In this document: piece after piece, positions 9,904-18,598 of the stretch
Layout of the letters: each line of letters starts with the position of its first letter
How positions within the stretch are numbered: the stretch's first letter is position 1
Source: Alphaproteobacteria bacterium
GTDB lineage: Bacteria; Pseudomonadota; Alphaproteobacteria; Micavibrionales; UBA2020
Assembly: GCA_027483355.1 (NCBI GenBank)
Contig: JAIXUW010000292.1
Coordinates: forward strand, 222,226 to 286,225
Direction: 5' to 3'
DNA length: 64,000 nt
Made by a program: the position numbers and the translations under genes
Notes under the pieces: model-generated
What the model saw: the letters and a program-made list of their open reading frames with translations, nothing else
Told to the model about the DNA's origin: nothing
The model's database searches: none

Positions 9904-10851
9904 ATGGAACCGGATACTAAATCGCATGACCCGACCGCTTCTTCCGAGAACGCAAACACGCCGAACGCTGGCGCCGTTGAATCGCGTGAATCGTGTGAAC
10001 CATGTGATTCTGTCATCTCGGAGAACAGTGCGCCACAAGAAACCGTAAAAGACAAATTGGAGCAAAGCCTTACATGCCCTGTGTGCATGACAATATGCGC
10101 GCCTCCTACCCAGAGCTGCGTCAACGGGCATTTGATATGCGCTACATGCAAATTGAAAATACCACAATGCCCTATATGTTCAGCCGTTTATGGTGCCCAA
10201 AACAAGCTTACGCGACAATTGGGATTGGAAAGTTTGGCCGAGTTCTCCGGAATCACGTGCAACTGCCCCAACGCTGCTCTAGGGTGCACTCTAACGTTCA
10301 AGTACGACGCCAAAGTTGTCAGAGAGCACCTTAAAACATGCGTCTATCGCGAAGTTTTCTGTCCATGTTGCGACAGGATTACAATGGTAAAAGATCTAGA
10401 TGACCATTACAAGAAAATGTTCGAAACGGAAAAGGTTGGTGTCCAGAACTTATACCACTACCACTCGCCCAACAACACTTTTACGTTTTCGGATAATGAT
10501 GGCGCGAATGCACGCCTCGGCAAAGATTCCATTTTCTTGAAACCTGGTACTATCATCAATTCAGTCGGCACGAAAAACCACACGTATTTCTACGCATATC
10601 ATTTGTCTACACCAGAGCAAAGCGGAAAATGGTGGTCATATTCCGTCACGCTGACCTCGGACAATTTTCCACCGCAGACGTTAAAAACGTTTACAGTGCA
10701 CCTGAAAACGGCCCAAAGCATATATAAACCTTTATGCTTGAAGTTGGATGAAAAGATGCTCAGAGAAGCAAGTAACAAAAAATTTCGATTTGAAACCAGC
10801 GCAGAAGACGTTGATCCCGAATACCTGCCAAGTCTTCAGAAATACGTTTAA
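9904..10851 (+). CDS. SIAH/SINA-type RING E3 ubiquitin ligase-like protein
   Basis: ORF 9811..10851; ATG at 9904 (MEPDTKSH...). RING: CPVCMTICAPPTQSCVNGHLICATCKLKIPQCPIC (compare the SIAH C3HC4 with C-x-GH-x-x-C). It is followed by a SIAH-type zinc finger, CNCPNAALGCTLTFKYDAKVVREHLKTCVYREVFCPCC...HYKKMF, and a C-terminal substrate-binding-like region. Confidence 0.8.
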   Translation: MEPDTKSHDPTASSENANTPNAGAVESRESCEPCDSVISENSAPQETVKDKLEQSLTCPVCMTICAPPTQSCVNGHLICATCKLKIPQCPICSAVYGAQNKLTRQLGLESLAEFSGITCNCPNAALGCTLTFKYDAKVVREHLKTCVYREVFCPCCDRITMVKDLDDHYKKMFETEKVGVQNLYHYHSPNNTFTFSDNDGANARLGKDSIFLKPGTIINSVGTKNHTYFYAYHLSTPEQSGKWWSYSVTLTSDNFPPQTLKTFTVHLKTAQSIYKPLCLKLDEKMLREASNKKFRFETSAEDVDPEYLPSLQKYV

Positions 10852-10997
10852 GTGCACAGATTGGTGACAATGTAAATCCCTTTTCCAATGTAAAAAAGTT
10901 CGCGCTTTACTCGCGGGGGTATCAAAACTTCGCGTCTAGTTTTTTTTTGTCGAGTCACCGTCTCATTCACTAATTTTCACCTCTTATCTTGTCCATC

Positions 10998-11600
10998 ATG
11001 CCTCCTAAGAGAAGAAAGATTGTTTACGACGATATGCCGACCGAGGGAAGGGATGTTGTTCCTAGGCCCGGCCCAGTGAATCAATCGGTTCCCGAGCCAA
11101 TTCCCGAAAAAGCAAAACGAGAGCCTACTACATCTGATCTCTTTTGGGTGGTAGGAATCCCCGTGTTTCGGATCGAGGAAGCCAAGCATGATATTATGAA
11201 TGCCCTCCAAGAAGCCGACGCCGACGAAGATTCGTGGAGTTTCATGCAGTACCACGGCGTCGACAACACGCAAATTCAAGATCATTCCATTAACTTTGTC
11301 AAGGAGCCGTCGCCTTACATGGCGATAATCAAGGTCAACCTCCGCTCCATATTGCATCAAGAGCCTCAGCCGACGCTAGATCAACTCCGCGAGGATATAC
11401 AAGTGATTCATGAGTATATCGGACACGTAGTATTGGACTACTACCCGCTGGTGGGAAAAGTGTTCGACCTCAACAACGTGCAGCTGGAAACGCATATATT
11501 CGGACACGGAGACGAAATGGAAAACTGGAGGAAGACTTGTACTGTGCAAATTGAACAACATCCCAGTTTGAGCAGCGTCACGGCGAACGTGTCCATTTGA
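10998..11600 (+). CDS. hypothetical protein with N-terminal NLS-like MPPKRRK
   Basis: ORF 10989..11600 starts on TTG; ATG at 10998. No other motif recognised. Confidence 0.6.
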   Translation: MPPKRRKIVYDDMPTEGRDVVPRPGPVNQSVPEPIPEKAKREPTTSDLFWVVGIPVFRIEEAKHDIMNALQEADADEDSWSFMQYHGVDNTQIQDHSINFVKEPSPYMAIIKVNLRSILHQEPQPTLDQLREDIQVIHEYIGHVVLDYYPLVGKVFDLNNVQLETHIFGHGDEMENWRKTCTVQIEQHPSLSSVTANVSI

Positions 11601-11671
11601 AGAAAAAACCAGAAACATGTGAAAGATATCGACTATTTTAGTGTGTATACATAAAAAAGACACATATTCGC

Positions 11672-12286
11672 CTAAGCCTGTCTGAGAAAGTGATCCTTGT
11701 AGACCATTTGCATTTCACCGCCAACGTATCCGTTGCATAGATGCGTGTGACTGTAATACTCAATTCGGTCCATAACAATCTTTGTTGGACGAGTCACGCC
11801 TTCGGGCCGCAAACACACGCCTTCTCCATTTTCGAGAACAAAGTATTTGTTCATTCGAACGCAGAAGAAATCATTGTACTTGACTATATCGTCGAACAAG
11901 ACATCTAAAAAATGCAAGGTGTACACGAACGCGTCCTTGCCGTCCACCTTGCAACGCGAGAGATACCTCTTCTCGTACTCCTCGTCGAGAATAGGCTCGC
12001 CTAATCCTTTAGACGTAACCATATTCTCGCCCTTGCTACGAAAGTAGGCGTAATTGATGCTGTCGTGCGCAAATCGTAGCTCGCGGCGCACCCAAAACTT
12101 GTCCCATACAAGAACCAAGCGCAGTTGCTTGGAATCCAAATTAGGGCCCTTCGAGACGGAACTTGAAGTTGATTTACGCAAAAGATTACCCATGATTGCC
12201 GCGTATGCACTGACGTAAGAAACCAACCCAAAAAAGGCGCGATTCCGTTTAGAAAACCACATGGGCGGATGGGGTGCGGCGAACAT
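11672..12286 (-). CDS. hypothetical protein, tandem paralog (family with 12290..12844)
   Basis: 204-aa ATG ORF. Shares YL....VDGK.A.VY.LH.L..L.DDIV.....F.VR with the upstream gene. Its start lies 3 nt after that gene's stop. Confidence 0.6.
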   Translation of the reverse strand: MFAAPHPPMWFSKRNRAFFGLVSYVSAYAAIMGNLLRKSTSSSVSKGPNLDSKQLRLVLVWDKFWVRRELRFAHDSINYAYFRSKGENMVTSKGLGEPILDEEYEKRYLSRCKVDGKDAFVYTLHFLDVLFDDIVKYNDFFCVRMNKYFVLENGEGVCLRPEGVTRPTKIVMDRIEYYSHTHLCNGYVGGEMQMVYKDHFLRQA

Positions 12287-12289
12287 AAA

Positions 12290-12844
12290 TCAGTTTATAA
12301 CAAAATGATTACGGTAAATCTTTACAGGTTTGTCACGTATCCATCCTTCTTCGAGATACTTGACCTCGTATTCTTGTGCGGTGTCCTCTTCCTCGCAAAA
12401 CTCTTCGGTTACCGAAATCGTGCCGTCGCACAGAACGACGGCCTCGTTGCCATCCGGTAACGAAAACGGAATGTGTGATCTCACATAAAAGTTGTTTTCG
12501 TGCTCCACAATGTCGTCGTACAGCCATTGCAAGTAATGGAGCCTGTACACCATAGCAGGTTTTCCGTCCATTGTGATTGGGAAAAGATACTTTCGAATAT
12601 AGTCCGCCTCGGCAAGATGGGGTTGTGTTTCACTGGGTCCGGGCACTCCATTTCGCACAGTAAATCCGTCGGTCCCGTAGCGCGCAATTGTAGAGTCTGC
12701 GAGCTTAAAATCTGCATTGTAACGGACGTAGAACTTATCTTGGTGATTGACGTAGGACGTATTGCTCCGTGTTCTGAAATCGGCGCAGAACTCGGAAACA
12801 ACAGCAGACTCGGATTCACAGTCGCATATTTCAGTTCGGAGCAT
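12290..12844 (-). CDS. hypothetical protein, tandem paralog (family with 11672..12286)
   Basis: ORF 12290..12898 starts on TTG; first ATG at 12844 (MLRTEICDCE...). KYLFPITMDGKPAMVYRLHYLQWLYDDIVEHENNFYVR aligns to RYLSRCKVDGKDAFVYTLHFLDVLFDDIVKYNDFFCVR. Confidence 0.6.
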   Translation of the reverse strand: MLRTEICDCESESAVVSEFCADFRTRSNTSYVNHQDKFYVRYNADFKLADSTIARYGTDGFTVRNGVPGPSETQPHLAEADYIRKYLFPITMDGKPAMVYRLHYLQWLYDDIVEHENNFYVRSHIPFSLPDGNEAVVLCDGTISVTEEFCEEEDTAQEYEVKYLEEGWIRDKPVKIYRNHFVIN

Positions 12845-12947
12845 TGCGTGCAAAAAAACTTTAGAACAGGTCGGACGCAAATTGAAAGAACTGTACAAAA
12901 AACCTTAAACCTAGTCAAGAGAATTTTTTTTTTTACGTGGGGTAGTT

Positions 12948-14363
12948 TTACTCAACAAACACTAAATCTATCCCGGTCTCCCGCGACACAATTTTGCGCC
13001 CAGAAGCGCATTGTATAATAACATGGCATGTCACAGACGGTGCTGGCCCGATGGGCGGCACGGAGCCGTCCCATTTTGCGACAAATTCCACGCTGTTCAA
13101 CTTTGAGTCGTACTCTATTCCCAAATACGCCTGGCATGTTTCCCAGAATTCGTCTTTTGCATCCCAGGTTGCTTCAAAATACGCGTCTCTGTTTACGGTG
13201 GGATACATGCACGGGTCGTACACAATCAAGTCCGGGAAGAACGCGAATCTCGAGTTGGCCGTGTCTTTTGTCACAGGTATGCTCGTAACAATATAAGGTA
13301 TGTAATCCCCGAGCACAGCTTCATTTCCTAACCGGGGACATGCTCCTGCGTCCACATCCAATTTGCCGTCGATCACGTCTTCAGCGGCTGCCACAGCAAC
13401 TGTAGTCACGCACGTGCGTTCGTCTGTGTAACACTGCGCACTATATGTCCAGTATTCAGAACCAGAAAAGTCGTCCATGTTGTACCTGCCTTGAGTGGCA
13501 AATGCCTGAGCGTTTGTCTTAATAAACGCAATGTCATTTGTCAAAGCTAAAAGGTTGCTCTCGATATAACAATCGTTCCTTGTTCGACATGGTCGAGGCA
13601 AATATTCGCTATTGCGGTAATTCCATCGAACGCCCGAAGTCAGGCACTCCTGCGTTGAGTAATACATGAGTTGCACCCATCTCAGATTCGGGCGCTCGAG
13701 ATCTATATCGCAGCCAAAAGACCAGATATACTCAGCGCTTTCGGTTTCGTCCAAATTGTACATGAGCAAACGCGGTGGCGCTTCATTGGATCGATACTTT
13801 GCAATTTGTTCGGGAACGCGCTCGCTTGTCATTGTCGGAATAGCATAGTTCTCTTGTTCGACAAGTTCAGCGAAAAAGTCAAACGGAAACGTGCTTTGGA
13901 TCGCGACGGTATCGGACATGAACGGTTCAAACGTGCGATACGGTGTTCCACTCGAGTCGAACACTAGAGTGGCTCCGCATACAAGGCCGTTGAAACAGGA
14001 CAAGACAGTATAATCTTGAAATTCTTTGTATTCCGGATAGACATTTCGCCAGAAAACATCGGGATCGCATGGACACGGGCTCGCTTCTCTGCCGGGTAAT
14101 AGTTCAAATGTGTAGCCGACCTTGCCTTCGTCGGCTGTAATAACAGCTAGCGCAGGGAGAAAAGGAGCACGGTCGATAGTGCAACCGGAACAAAATTCTT
14201 TGTTTGACATGAATTCAGTGATAGTGTGCCGCGCAGTGAACCCTGTAGGATTCTCGACGAGACCTCTTGCAAAGCACGTGACTGGATTGTACTCGCCAGA
14301 TCCAGCAGCCGAGTTTAGTGCCGCGGCTACGGCTACGAAAAGTACAATCCACTTTAGTCTCAT
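12948..14363 (-). CDS. secreted Cys-rich protein (signal peptide)
   Basis: 471-aa ATG ORF. The N-terminus MRLKWIVLFVAVAAALNSAAGS is signal-peptide-like. There are many Cys and aromatic residues and no further hydrophobic segment. Confidence 0.7.
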   Translation of the reverse strand: MRLKWIVLFVAVAAALNSAAGSGEYNPVTCFARGLVENPTGFTARHTITEFMSNKEFCSGCTIDRAPFLPALAVITADEGKVGYTFELLPGREASPCPCDPDVFWRNVYPEYKEFQDYTVLSCFNGLVCGATLVFDSSGTPYRTFEPFMSDTVAIQSTFPFDFFAELVEQENYAIPTMTSERVPEQIAKYRSNEAPPRLLMYNLDETESAEYIWSFGCDIDLERPNLRWVQLMYYSTQECLTSGVRWNYRNSEYLPRPCRTRNDCYIESNLLALTNDIAFIKTNAQAFATQGRYNMDDFSGSEYWTYSAQCYTDERTCVTTVAVAAAEDVIDGKLDVDAGACPRLGNEAVLGDYIPYIVTSIPVTKDTANSRFAFFPDLIVYDPCMYPTVNRDAYFEATWDAKDEFWETCQAYLGIEYDSKLNSVEFVAKWDGSVPPIGPAPSVTCHVIIQCASGRKIVSRETGIDLVFVE

Positions 14364-14465
14364 TTTCTGGCACGACTTATAATACCAAACATAGAGCGAA
14401 TTTCCAAAGTTTTTGAGCTTTGAGTTTATTTATTGCTGTCGTGGATAACACACATTATTTTCTAT

Positions 14466-17400
14466 TTACATTTTACGCATGCGAGTAGTCGCTGTCTTAG
14501 AATTGTAATTACGAGCTCTGGGTGCAGTGGGAGGAGACGGCGGAGGCGTTATTTTGCTTCTCTTTGCGGGCACAGGAGTTCTGCAGCATAACGAATGGAA
14601 TGCGACAGCCACGATTCCGAAACCTGTAATAGCAACAATCACGTATAGAGGAATCAACGCCGTGGGCTGAGCGGGCGGCGTGACGGGCGGCGTCGGAGGT
14701 CCAGTCTGCAATACAATCGTGTGGAATTCTCCCAGTCCGGACAGAAGAATGGAATTTCCGATTTCAGTCGACAATTCTCTGACTGTGACAGGGAATCGAA
14801 CCGATCCACTTGTGTCCGTGTAATCAATGCCATTCACGGCAATGCCGACTTGACCTGAACTATTACGACCCCATGTTTGGATTTCGAACACGGCCTGTGT
14901 CTGACCGGGCTTGTACAATAAAACATGTTCGACTCCGCACCACACGCCGCGAGTGGCAGTCGTATTCGCGACAATTTGAGGCACTGAACTGTATGCCAAT
15001 TCCGCAACTGTTTTGTTCTGACCCAATTGACCGTATTGGTTGGAGCCCCAGGCGTACACGGAAGACGTGTCCTGAGAAATATACAGTCCGTGCGCGCCTC
15101 CTGCGCAAATGTATTGGGTCTGAAGTTGAACGTTGACAGAATCTGGCGGGATACCGAATGCAATCATGGGCGCGTTTCTATTAGGCGACATTTCAGTCGG
15201 ATCGGCCAATTGGCCCCTGTCGTTATTTCCCCACGAGTAGACGACGACAGGGGATCTTTCAGTGACCGCGAACATGAAATCGGAACCGCATGAGATGAGT
15301 CGAATTGACTCGGCTAACATGACTAGTCTGGGCGTTTCCGTGTTGTTATACGACCCGATTCCCAACTGGCCCTTGTCATTCGATCCCCAAGTCCATACCG
15401 CGCCGTCAGTCGACAAAATAGCCGAATAGTTGGCTCCAGCGCACGCTTGTTTGATTTCGAATAATACAGACACGCGCACACGCGAATTGGGAAGAGCCAC
15501 GGCGGCGCGTTCGGTTCTCGGAGCCAGATCCGCGACTCCAAGCTGCCCGAAATCGTTATTACCGTATGTGATTACAAAATCTTCAATCACATTAGGCGGA
15601 TTCTTGGTGACCGTTCTCACGACGGCTACACTGTGCTCCTGACCTCCTGCCAGAAAGTTGATCGCCACATTACGCGTGTTGGAAAACCAAAACTCGATTC
15701 TCTGGCGAATATAATCGAGTTGCGGTGAAATGCGAGGAAGAGGCACGGACACGGTCGTGTTCGACGCCGGGTCAAGCTGAGCGTTTAGGTTTGAACCCCA
15801 TTCGTAGTATCTTTCGCCGGACAGTTTCATAAGATTGTGTTTGTAGCCAACTGCCAGTACTTGCAGGCTTTGAACGGAATTCACGTCGACAAGTTGAATG
15901 AGAGGGTCGATCGAGGACGAGTTGGAGATGACTCTACCCAGTTGACCTAAATCGTTACCACCCCATGAACCGAGATAGTTGCCGTTGACGTTGGGTGGTT
16001 CGATCGGCGGTGGAACAGGCGGCGACACTGGTGCATTTTGAGGAGGCGCGACTGGCGGGGTTTGAGGCGGTGCGACTGGTGGATTCTGGGGAGGCGCGAC
16101 TGGTTGACTTTGAGGCGGAGCGACCGGAGGTGAAACAGGCGGAGCCACTGGCGGCTCTACGGGTGGGGAAACTGGCGGTGCCTGAGGCGGGGCTACTGGT
16201 GGTGACACAGGCGGAGCCACGGGTGGTGCCTGAGGAGGTAAAACCGGAGGCGCGACTGGCGGTTCCACAGGTGGCGAACCTGGAGGAGCTTGTGGTGGTA
16301 ACACAGGAGGGGCGACAGGCGGGGAAACTGGAGGTGCAACAGGCGGGGAAATTGGAGGTGCCTGAGGTGGTAAAACCGGAGGAGCAACTGGCGGCTCTAC
16401 TGGCGGTGCGACAGGGGGAGCCACAGGAGGGGCGACTGGAGGTGACACAGGTGGAGCCACGGGAGGTGCCTGAGGCGGTTCTACAGGCGGAGCCACAGGA
16501 GGCGCTTGAGGAGGCAAAACTGGAGGGGCAACAGGAGGTGTTTGTGGAGGCGAAACTGGTGGAGCGACAGGCGGTGATTGTGGAGGCGAAACCGGAGGCG
16601 CGACAGGCTGCGCTTGAGGCGGTAAAACTGGCGGCGCAACCGGTGGTTCTACAGGCGGTGCCACAGGAGGTGACTGAGGTGGTGAAACCGGGGGCGCGAC
16701 TGGTGGAGCCACTGGAGGTGCTTGAGGTGGTGAAACTGGCGGGGCCACTGGTGGTGCTTGTGGCGGTGAAATCGGTGGAGCTTGAGGAGGCGAAACCGGG
16801 GGCGCAACTGGCGGGGATTGCGGCGGATTCTGGGGAGGCGCGACTGGTGGGGCTAAAGGCGGTGCTACAGGCGGCGAAACCGGAGGCGCAACAGGCGAGG
16901 CGACCGGTGGGGCCACAGGAGGGGCTTGAGGCGGATTTTGCGGAGGAGCCACAGGAGGGGCCTGAGGCGGTGAAACTGGAGGCGCGACTGGCGGTGCAAC
17001 CGGGGGTGCAACTGGAGGTGCCTTGGGCGGAGCGACCGGAGGCGCGACAGGTGCCGCTTGAGGAGCCAAAACCGGAGGTCCAACCGGAGGCGCGACCGGA
17101 GCGGGAGGTAGCACGACCGTTCTAAACCTCCAAACGTCATTATAGTATGTTGTCGGAGTTGTAAACGCGTTCTGCCCGCCTATTAAACCCGTGTTAATAT
17201 TCGAAGGTGAGAAAGGAGATCCTCCGGGCTGTACAAACACTTCGCCGGAAAGTCGCCCGAACGGGAAGTTTAACGCCGAGAACACATTCGGCGCCGGGTA
17301 TGTCCCAAGTGCGTTGCTTGCATTTCCTGCCATCCAAAAAAACTGATCCGAATCATAATCATACGCCCACAGATGCCCGCGGGCGGTTGTTTGGGATTGA

Positions 17401-18449
17401 ACCACCATGTACAACAGGCGCGAATTTGCATTGACCGTGAACATGGCACCGTTTGAATATATTAGCGCAGGATTTCCAAGTGCGTATTGAAGCGTGAAAA
17501 ATTCGGCTGGGCACGGCGCAGCAGCTCCAGCGCCTCCTCCTCCGACCCACGTCCAAATGTTTGTTGCTAAAGTATACAAAAACATGAAACACGAATTTGT
17601 CGTACTTGACGTAGTATACATGGCCAAGTGCGTCGTGTTGTAGGGCGTGTAGGTGCATTGTTTTCGATTACAAGGCAATGCGATTGTTCCTGCGTTCGAA
17701 ACGCGTTTTGTTCCAGCATTTGGAGTCGAAACACCGTCATCTCTCATACATGCGAACAATAAAGTAGAACTGTTGAATCTGTACATGTCCGATCTCAGTG
17801 CACCTCCGGAAGTGGAAGAGCGCCCACCGCTCAGATAAACAATATTATCCAGCGCCGCGGAAACATATCTCATATGGAATACAGCGTATTCGGCTCGTCT
17901 GCCGAATCGAGGAACTCCACAGGAAGGTCCCTGTGTAGTTTGAGTTATAAAAATCCACGTAGGCGACAATAAAGACGTGTCGAGTCTCCACAAATCGCCT
18001 TGGACAGATCCTGCTGAATTATATCCACCATATAAGAATAAAAATCTGTTTTGAAACGTCCAAGCGCCCATGGAGTAACGCGAGCCGATGGAGCTAGGAA
18101 TAGATATCGCGACATTTGTAGCATTACTGCCCGTGACCCAATTCCACGAAGAAGTTGTTGTTTGATATCGAAAAGTGTTAGCGTAAACATTTACACCGTT
18201 CCTGCCGCCCATAATATACACGATAGAATTATTGGGATTTGTGTTGTCCGTAAGCGTCCACAGCGCAAACTCAGACCGCGTAAATGGCGTATTTGGAATC
18301 GCATTCGATGCTCCGCCGCTCAAGTACGCCCATTGTGGTTGAAGCAATGATATTGGCTGCGATACACCAAAGCCGAGAAGCACGGCAACTGAAAAAATCA
18401 CAACCGTTACACATTGGTACACATACCACGCTTTTTTGTGTGTATACAT
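14466..18449 (-). CDS. type-I membrane protein: Kelch-like propeller + (PPV/APP)n stalk + 7-blade RCC1-like propeller + TM anchor
   Basis: ORF 14466..18602 overlaps the stop of the upstream gene; the ATG at 18449 gives a signal-anchor (VTVVIFSVAVLLGFGVS).
- Kelch-like units: VYIMGGRNG...W, LFLYGGYNSAGSVQGDLWRLD, VYLSGGRSS...MYRF.
- About 375 aa of PPVAPPVSPPQAPPVAPP repeats.
- Seven RCC1 signatures: WGGNDLGQLG, WGSNLNAQLD, YGNNDFGQLG, WGSNDKGQLG, WGNNDRGQLA, WGSNQYGQLG, WGRNSSGQVG.
- C-terminal TM segment LIPLYVIVAITGFGIVAVAF plus a basic tail. Confidence 0.8.
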   Translation of the reverse strand: MYTHKKAWYVYQCVTVVIFSVAVLLGFGVSQPISLLQPQWAYLSGGASNAIPNTPFTRSEFALWTLTDNTNPNNSIVYIMGGRNGVNVYANTFRYQTTTSSWNWVTGSNATNVAISIPSSIGSRYSMGAWTFQNRFLFLYGGYNSAGSVQGDLWRLDTSLLSPTWIFITQTTQGPSCGVPRFGRRAEYAVFHMRYVSAALDNIVYLSGGRSSTSGGALRSDMYRFNSSTLLFACMRDDGVSTPNAGTKRVSNAGTIALPCNRKQCTYTPYNTTHLAMYTTSSTTNSCFMFLYTLATNIWTWVGGGGAGAAAPCPAEFFTLQYALGNPALIYSNGAMFTVNANSRLLYMVVQSQTTARGHLWAYDYDSDQFFWMAGNASNALGTYPAPNVFSALNFPFGRLSGEVFVQPGGSPFSPSNINTGLIGGQNAFTTPTTYYNDVWRFRTVVLPPAPVAPPVGPPVLAPQAAPVAPPVAPPKAPPVAPPVAPPVAPPVSPPQAPPVAPPQNPPQAPPVAPPVASPVAPPVSPPVAPPLAPPVAPPQNPPQSPPVAPPVSPPQAPPISPPQAPPVAPPVSPPQAPPVAPPVAPPVSPPQSPPVAPPVEPPVAPPVLPPQAQPVAPPVSPPQSPPVAPPVSPPQTPPVAPPVLPPQAPPVAPPVEPPQAPPVAPPVSPPVAPPVAPPVAPPVEPPVAPPVLPPQAPPISPPVAPPVSPPVAPPVLPPQAPPGSPPVEPPVAPPVLPPQAPPVAPPVSPPVAPPQAPPVSPPVEPPVAPPVSPPVAPPQSQPVAPPQNPPVAPPQTPPVAPPQNAPVSPPVPPPIEPPNVNGNYLGSWGGNDLGQLGRVISNSSSIDPLIQLVDVNSVQSLQVLAVGYKHNLMKLSGERYYEWGSNLNAQLDPASNTTVSVPLPRISPQLDYIRQRIEFWFSNTRNVAINFLAGGQEHSVAVVRTVTKNPPNVIEDFVITYGNNDFGQLGVADLAPRTERAAVALPNSRVRVSVLFEIKQACAGANYSAILSTDGAVWTWGSNDKGQLGIGSYNNTETPRLVMLAESIRLISCGSDFMFAVTERSPVVVYSWGNNDRGQLADPTEMSPNRNAPMIAFGIPPDSVNVQLQTQYICAGGAHGLYISQDTSSVYAWGSNQYGQLGQNKTVAELAYSSVPQIVANTTATRGVWCGVEHVLLYKPGQTQAVFEIQTWGRNSSGQVGIAVNGIDYTDTSGSVRFPVTVRELSTEIGNSILLSGLGEFHTIVLQTGPPTPPVTPPAQPTALIPLYVIVAITGFGIVAVAFHSLCCRTPVPAKRSKITPPPSPPTAPRARNYNSKTATTRMRKM
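15990..17125 (-). repeat. coding 9-bp-periodic proline-rich repeat (PPV/APP/PPQ units)
   Basis: The DNA is a long degenerate GGNGGNNNN-type periodic tract. It keeps the antisense frame open too (spurious 376-aa ORF 15995..17125). Confidence 0.85.
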
Positions 18450-18598
18450 GAATAGTATGTGTTTACTAGTATTATGAAAATATTTTACATGGGTAAAAAC
18501 TAGGCGAAAAATAAGTGTGAACTCGCGCGAGGGGTTGTTCCAAAAATGGAAGGTGTACACACACATACACCCCCCGGGGTGGGCGGGCGCGCACGCTT

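Noticed and set aside
15995-17125. 376-aa plus-strand ORF (Ala/Glu/Val/Leu-rich)
   Set aside because: It is the antisense of the (PPV)n coding repeat. The periodic GGN-rich DNA keeps several frames open. The sense frame continues into recognisable Kelch and RCC1 domains on both sides.
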